Source of the DNA: Desulfuromonas sp.
Lineage (GTDB): Bacteria; Desulfobacterota; Desulfuromonadia; Desulfuromonadales; UBA2294
Reading direction: 5' to 3'
Assembly: GCA_002869615.1 (NCBI GenBank)
Contig: PKUH01000106.1
Location: 6,158 to 70,157, forward strand
DNA: 64,000 bases
In this document: positions 59,035 through 64,000 of the stretch, piece by piece
Layout of the letters: each line of letters begins with the position of its first letter
Numbering within the stretch: position 1 is the first letter of the stretch
Position numbers and translations under genes: made by a program
Notes under the pieces: generated by a model
What the model saw: only the letters and a program-made list of their open reading frames with translations
Databases searched by the model: none
Told to the model about the DNA's origin: nothing

Positions 59035-60379
59035 CTTCAAGCTGTTCGACGAGCTCGCAAAAACGCTCGCCGCGAACGGCAAAATTGGCAAACTGATCAA
59101 AACTCGAACAACCGGGTGACAACAGGACCGTGCCGCCCGGCCGGGTCAGCTCGCGGGCCCTGACAACAGCCGCATCAAGAGAATCGACCTTGCTGATATC
59201 GGTCACCGGTCCGATTTCCGTCGCCATCCGCTCGGTCGCTTCGCCGATCAGGATCAGGTGCGCGACTTTCTCCTTGACCGGGCCACTCAGTTCACCAAAG
59301 TCGCCCCCCTTGTCCCTGCCGCCGGCAATCAGAGTCACCGGGGCATCAAGCCCTGCCAGGCTCATGATCACACTGCCAATATTTGTCCCTTTTGAATCGT
59401 TGTACCACTCGACCCCGTCAAGGCTTCTGACCAGGTTCATCCGATGCGGCAGACCGGTAAAGCGGGTCATGGCCGGCCAGATGGTCTCAGCCTGATATCC
59501 TTCAAGTAAGAGCGGGATGCAAGCGGCCATAACGTTTGCAATATTATGCAGCCCCTTAAGCCTCAGTTCCTTAACTGCAAAAGTCTGTTCGGTTCCCTGC
59601 CAGCGCCAGACGATATGGTCATCATCAAGGAACATTCCTTCATCAAGTTTACTATTACAGGAGAAACAGACGACCCGGGCTGGCGCTCCGACTGCTGCCT
59701 CCATAACAAGTTTGTCGTCCGCATTCAGAATCATGAAATCAGCGGCCGTCTGACAGCTGAAGATTTTTTTCTTCGCTTCGATATAGGCCCGCATATCGGG
59801 ATAGCGATCGAGATGATCGGCGCTGATATTCAACAACATGCTGTAGCGCGGCCGGAAGCTGGTTACTGTTTCGAGCTGGAATGACGAAAGCTCGATTACC
59901 AGCCATTCCAATTCCTCCTGATCGACCGCTTCGGTCAATGGCGTTCCGATGTTGCCGCCGACATAGGTCTTCGCACCACAAGCCTTTAACGCTTCTCCGA
60001 CCAGTGCCGTGACCGTCGACTTGCCGTTCGTTCCGGTAATACCGATCATCGGTGCAGTCAACTCACGGGAAGCTATTTCCACCTCGCCGCTGAGGTCGAC
60101 TCCCTGTTCAACTGCGGCCTGAACCGGGGCGATTGTTGGCGGCACCCCCGGGCTCAGAACGATCAGGTCGGCTTTCCGGAACAGCTCCGGGTTGTGACCA
60201 CCCAGATCGAACGCAACATCGCACCCGGACAGGTCACTCAGGTCACCGATATCCGCTCGTTGACGGATATCGGAGAGGATGACCCGGGCGTTGCGGCGGG
60301 CAAAGAATCGACAGAGCGCGAGTCCGCTCTTGCCGGCGCCGACAACAACAATCTTTTTATTTGCGTAGCGGTTTGTCAT
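59003..60379 (-). CDS. murD: UDP-N-acetylmuramoylalanine--D-glutamate ligase
   Basis: 458 aa with VVGAGKSG and GITGTNGKSTVT. Confidence 0.95.
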   Translation of the reverse strand: MTNRYANKKIVVVGAGKSGLALCRFFARRNARVILSDIRQRADIGDLSDLSGCDVAFDLGGHNPELFRKADLIVLSPGVPPTIAPVQAAVEQGVDLSGEVEIASRELTAPMIGITGTNGKSTVTALVGEALKACGAKTYVGGNIGTPLTEAVDQEELEWLVIELSSFQLETVTSFRPRYSMLLNISADHLDRYPDMRAYIEAKKKIFSCQTAADFMILNADDKLVMEAAVGAPARVVCFSCNSKLDEGMFLDDDHIVWRWQGTEQTFAVKELRLKGLHNIANVMAACIPLLLEGYQAETIWPAMTRFTGLPHRMNLVRSLDGVEWYNDSKGTNIGSVIMSLAGLDAPVTLIAGGRDKGGDFGELSGPVKEKVAHLILIGEATERMATEIGPVTDISKVDSLDAAVVRARELTRPGGTVLLSPGCSSFDQFANFAVRGERFCELVEQLEDGKAVSNGTP

Positions 60380-60380
60380 C

Positions 60381-61457
60381 CTACCTCAGCTTCAGAGTCG
60401 ATAATGCGATCAGGGCGAGGATAATACTGATGATCCAGAACCGGACGATAATTTTCGGTTCCGGCCACCCCTTTAGCTCAAAATGATTGTGAATCGGTGA
60501 CATCCGGAAAATCCTCTTGCCCCATAAACGGAAGGAGAGCACCTGGAAAATAACCGACAACGCCTCGACCACGAAAATCCCGCCGACGATAACCAGCACC
60601 AGTTCCTGCTTGGTAATCACCGCAATCGTCCCGAGGGCGCCGCCGAGTGACAACGACCCGACATCGCCCATAAACACCTGGGCCGGGTAGGTGTTGAACC
60701 AGAGAAAACCGAGCCCGGCGCCGACCATCGCACCACAGATGATCGACAGTTCACCGGCGCCCTGAACACTGCTGATCTGCAGGTAGGACGAGAGCTTGGC
60801 ATTACCGGCGAGATAAGCGAACAACAGGTAGGTTCCCGATGCGATAATCATCGGCCCGATCGCCAAACCGTCAAGACCATCGGTCAGGTTGACCGCATTA
60901 CCCGATCCGACGATGACCAGGACAACAAAAGGTATGTAGTACCAGCCGAGATCCGGCCGCAATCCCTTGAAGAACGGAAATGCGAGGGTCGTCTCGAATA
61001 GCGGGTAGTAGTAGAGCATTGTCCCGGCGGCCACGGTTATCAGCATCAGCCAGAACATCTTGGCCCGGGCCGAAAGCCCATCGCTGCTGCGGAGCTTGAC
61101 TTTTCGATAATCGTCGATGAAGCCGACGGCGCCGAAGCCGACGGCTACAAACAGGGTGATCCAGACATAGATATTGGTCAGGTCGGCCCAGAGCAGCGTC
61201 GGCAGGACGATGGCCAGCAGAATCAATGTGCCGCCCATGGTCGGTGTCCCCTCCTTGCGAAAATGTGATTCCGGTCCAACTTTGCGGATGCTTTGCCCAA
61301 TCTGCATTTCCGACAGCGTCCGGATCAGCCAGGGGCCGAGAATAAAAGAGATAACCAGAGCCGTTATCGCCGCGTAGATTGTCCGGAAGGTGATAAACCG
61401 GAAAACATACAGCGCCGAAAACTCGGTATGGAGCGGATATAGCAGATGATATAACAT
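60381..61457 (-). CDS. mraY: Phospho-N-acetylmuramoyl-pentapeptide transferase
   Basis: The start [10 protein letters not shown] at 61457 is the family-typical N-terminus. Also [13 protein letters not shown]. The ORF-track start at 61514 overlaps murF. Confidence 0.94.
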   Translation of the reverse strand: MLYHLLYPLHTEFSALYVFRFITFRTIYAAITALVISFILGPWLIRTLSEMQIGQSIRKVGPESHFRKEGTPTMGGTLILLAIVLPTLLWADLTNIYVWITLFVAVGFGAVGFIDDYRKVKLRSSDGLSARAKMFWLMLITVAAGTMLYYYPLFETTLAFPFFKGLRPDLGWYYIPFVVLVIVGSGNAVNLTDGLDGLAIGPMIIASGTYLLFAYLAGNAKLSSYLQISSVQGAGELSIICGAMVGAGLGFLWFNTYPAQVFMGDVGSLSLGGALGTIAVITKQELVLVIVGGIFVVEALSVIFQVLSFRLWGKRIFRMSPIHNHFELKGWPEPKIIVRFWIISIILALIALSTLKLR

Positions 61458-61492
61458 TTCTGATTCCTTACCTCTTGACTCCGGCTTCTTAT

Positions 61493-62884
61493 TTACCCGT
61501 TTGCCGCCATGCAAAAATGCATTCCGCGCAGTGCCTTGCTGACCTTTTCCATACGCATTCCGCGCGACCCCTTGACCAGAATCCGATCCCCGGGTTGAAT
61601 CATATCGCGCAGAATGTCGATCGCTTCCTGGTGTGAGTTGACCAGATATATCTCCTTCGCCGCCGTCTCTTGCGTTCCATAGCCGGCTGCAACAGCATCT
61701 TTCATTTCACCCATGACAATAAGGATGTCGACCAGATCAGCAGCCTGCCTGCCGACTTCGGTGTGCAGTTCAGCCGACTGTTCTCCCAGTTCGAGCATAT
61801 CGCCAAGAACAGCGATGTGGCGACCGAGACCGTTCATCTCCGACAGGGTCTGCAGCGCCGCCTTGACCGACAACGGGTTGGCATTGTAGCTGTCTTCAAG
61901 CAGCAGAACATCGCAACCGAGGCTGATCGTTTCCATGCGGCCGCAACAGGGCTGAAACTGTTCGAGCCCGCGCACAATGGTCCGGCCATCAACACCGAGT
62001 ACATGTGCTGCTGCCGCTGCGGCGAGGGCATTGTAGACATTGTGTCGACCGGCTATCTTCAACTGTACCGGCCAGTTGCCTTCGGGGGTCACGAGACGGA
62101 AGGTCACGCCGCTGCCGCGGGCAATAATTGACTCGGCCCGGATTTCCGCAGATTCGGCGGAGCCGTAAAGAATACGTCGAACCTTGTTGGCGACCGGCAG
62201 ATTGACGACAAAGTCATCATCAGCATTGACGATCGCGAACCCGTCTTCCGGCAAAGCTTCGAACAATTCCCCCTTGGCCCGGGCAACCCCTTCCATTCCG
62301 TGCAGGGTTTCCAGGTGAGCCGGTCCAATATTGGTAATAATACCGACTGTCGGCGAGGCAATCTCACTCAACCGGGCGATTTCACCCCGGGCACTCATCC
62401 CCATTTCGAGAACCATCCATTCACATTCATCCCGATTCCGAAAAAGCGTCAACGGCAGGCCGATCAGATTATTGAAATTCCCGGCCGTGAGCAGTCCCGG
62501 CCTGGTCAGTGACAGAATTCCGGCGAGCATCTCCTTGGTTGTCGTTTTCCCCGAGGAACCGGTGATGCCGACGACCGGTCCGGCAAATCGGTTCCGCACA
62601 TCGGCCGCCAGACGACCAAGCGCCTTGAGTGTGTCGTCGACGACAATAACCGGAACCGGAAGACCATTGACGACATCCTCGCTCAGACAGGCGGCGGCAC
62701 CACTTTTCACGGCAAGCGTCAGGAAGTCATGGCCGTCAAAGTTCGGGCCGCGCAGCGGTACGAACAGCTCACCTGAACCGATCGTTCGACTGTCGGTCGA
62801 GATCCCGTCAACCATGCCTCTGGCATCGGCCGGATACAACGTACCTTCGGTTATTCTGGCGATATCCCTGATGTTAAATTCCAT
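61493..62884 (-). CDS. murF: UDP-MurNAc-tripeptide--D-alanyl-D-alanine ligase
   Basis: 463 aa with [14 protein letters not shown]. Confidence 0.94.
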   Translation of the reverse strand: MEFNIRDIARITEGTLYPADARGMVDGISTDSRTIGSGELFVPLRGPNFDGHDFLTLAVKSGAAACLSEDVVNGLPVPVIVVDDTLKALGRLAADVRNRFAGPVVGITGSSGKTTTKEMLAGILSLTRPGLLTAGNFNNLIGLPLTLFRNRDECEWMVLEMGMSARGEIARLSEIASPTVGIITNIGPAHLETLHGMEGVARAKGELFEALPEDGFAIVNADDDFVVNLPVANKVRRILYGSAESAEIRAESIIARGSGVTFRLVTPEGNWPVQLKIAGRHNVYNALAAAAAAHVLGVDGRTIVRGLEQFQPCCGRMETISLGCDVLLLEDSYNANPLSVKAALQTLSEMNGLGRHIAVLGDMLELGEQSAELHTEVGRQAADLVDILIVMGEMKDAVAAGYGTQETAAKEIYLVNSHQEAIDILRDMIQPGDRILVKGSRGMRMEKVSKALRGMHFCMAANG

Positions 62885-64000
62885 CAGTCCCTCCCTGACG
62901 CCCGAAGCGCCTGCCGGATCTCTTCCCGATCATCAAAATGGACCTTTTCCTTACCGATGATCTGATAATCTTCATGCCCCTTGCCGGCGACCAGCAAAAG
63001 ATCGCCCGGCAAAAGAATCTCCACCGCCACCTGAATCGCTTCCCGGCGATCAGGAACAACAACATGCCCTTTGCTGCTCGATGATTGCAGCTGTTCTAAC
63101 ATCAAGGGTGATGCATAATGTTTTTTAACTCCGGTCAGGATCTCATTAATTATGGAATCGGGATCTTCGGTTCTCGGATTATCGGATGTGACAATCGCCA
63201 GATCGCTGAACCGGGCAGCAATTTCACCCATAACCGGACGCTTGCTCCGATCACGATCACCGCCACAACCGAACAGGGTAATAACCCGGCCGCCAGCAAG
63301 TTCATTCACGGCCTGCAAAACGTTTTCGAGGGCGTCGCCGGTGTGTGCGTAATCGACAAGGATCAGGGCATCGCGATTATTCTCAATCGTTTCAATCCGC
63401 CCCGGGACGACCGGGACCGCTTTAATTCCGGAAACAATTGCGTCCAGAGGTAAATCGAGAGCGACTCCGCCCGCGATAGCGCAGAGCAGGTTACTGAGAT
63501 TAAATCCTCCGAGCAGAGCCGATTGCAGCCGGAATCGACCATGTGGAATGACGACATCAGCTTCGATGCCGCGCCGACTCAGCGTCACGTTTTCGGCCCG
63601 GACATCGGCTTCGGCCGCGAGCCCGCAAGTTAGGGCATCGTCAAGTTCATCGGCGATTCTGCGGCCATAGGGATCGTCTATATTAACGACGGCCCGACTC
63701 CCCTGAGGCACAATATAGTCATCGTAAAACTTCTTCTTGCTTGAGAAATAGGATTCCATCGTCTGGTGATAGTCGAGATGCTCCGGTGTCAGATTGGTAA
63801 AGATACCGACTTCGAAATTGATGCCGGAAACCCGGTTCTGCTCGAGCGCATGCGAAGAGACTTCGAGCACCAGTGAATCGGCACCCTGCCCGAGAAAATC
63901 GGCTGTAAGTTTTTGCAGATCATACGACTCCGGCGTCGTATGTGAGGCCGGTGTTTCACTACCCTGATACCTGTAATTGACGGTCCCGACAACAGCCGGC
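62884..64000 (-). CDS. murE: UDP-MurNAc-L-Ala-D-Glu--2,6-diaminopimelate ligase. The 5' end lies outside the window.
   Basis: The frame stays open upstream of the ORF-track start to position 64000 (..PAVVGTVNYRYQGSETPASHTTPESYDLQKLTADFLGQGADSLVLEVSSHAL..). Downstream it contains the DNPR motif (VTSDNPRTEDP). Confidence 0.92.
   Translation of the reverse strand, partial: PAVVGTVNYRYQGSETPASHTTPESYDLQKLTADFLGQGADSLVLEVSSHALEQNRVSGINFEVGIFTNLTPEHLDYHQTMESYFSSKKKFYDDYIVPQGSRAVVNIDDPYGRRIADELDDALTCGLAAEADVRAENVTLSRRGIEADVVIPHGRFRLQSALLGGFNLSNLLCAIAGGVALDLPLDAIVSGIKAVPVVPGRIETIENNRDALILVDYAHTGDALENVLQAVNELAGGRVITLFGCGGDRDRSKRPVMGEIAARFSDLAIVTSDNPRTEDPDSIINEILTGVKKHYASPLMLEQLQSSSSKGHVVVPDRREAIQVAVEILLPGDLLLVAGKGHEDYQIIGKEKVHFDDREEIRQALRASGRD

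Overview
This is a chromosomal segment whose gene content points to a Desulfuromonadales/Geobacter-like deltaproteobacterium: multihaem cytochromes, DUF1573, MJ0042 zinc ribbons and a Rieske/cyt b complex with a multihaem c subunit. That assignment is an inference. I count about 58 protein genes and 2 tRNAs. I saw no rRNA, CRISPR array, transposase, integrase or phage genes. Gene order, left to right: ftsY (edge-truncated), a Roadblock/LC7 gene and smc; housekeeping genes (pseudouridine synthase, AsmA-like, isochorismatase-like, ubiE, NUDIX, IclR); a cNMP-CBS-nucleotidyltransferase sensor and a rhomboid protease; an MlaA-MlaC-RND/MMPL string; tRNA-Arg(CCG); a Rieske / cytochrome b / pentahaem cytochrome c operon plus a DUF1573 protein; hpt; a zinc-ribbon/DUF3426 protein with an acidic repeat region; a 56-aa ferredoxin missed by the ORF track; ackA and pta; a TonB-like gene; folD-metV-metF-gcvH-gcvPA-gcvPB; a selenocysteine island (tRNA-Sec, AhpD-like selenoprotein, selA, selB, selD); a compositionally mosaic patch (A/T-rich polytopic membrane protein, a 136-aa unknown, a zincin-like/vWA protein with a MoxR-type AAA+ ATPase, a tetrahaem cytochrome behind a sigma-54-type promoter, an NHL-propeller lipoprotein); a B12/radical-SAM gene; and the dcw cluster murE(partial)-murF-mraY-murD-ftsW-murG-murC-ddl-ftsQ-ftsA-ftsZ. 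The best-supported non-obvious result is two in-frame UGA (Sec) recoding events that the ORF track truncates: the AhpD-like protein and SelD itself. Both lie beside a canonical 8/5-fold tRNA-Sec. Candidates for less-described biology are the AAA+/vWA pair with an adjacent long inverted repeat, the MlaA-MlaC-RND string without MlaFEDB, and the sigma-54-driven tetrahaem cytochrome. None of these can be called a new system from sequence reading alone.
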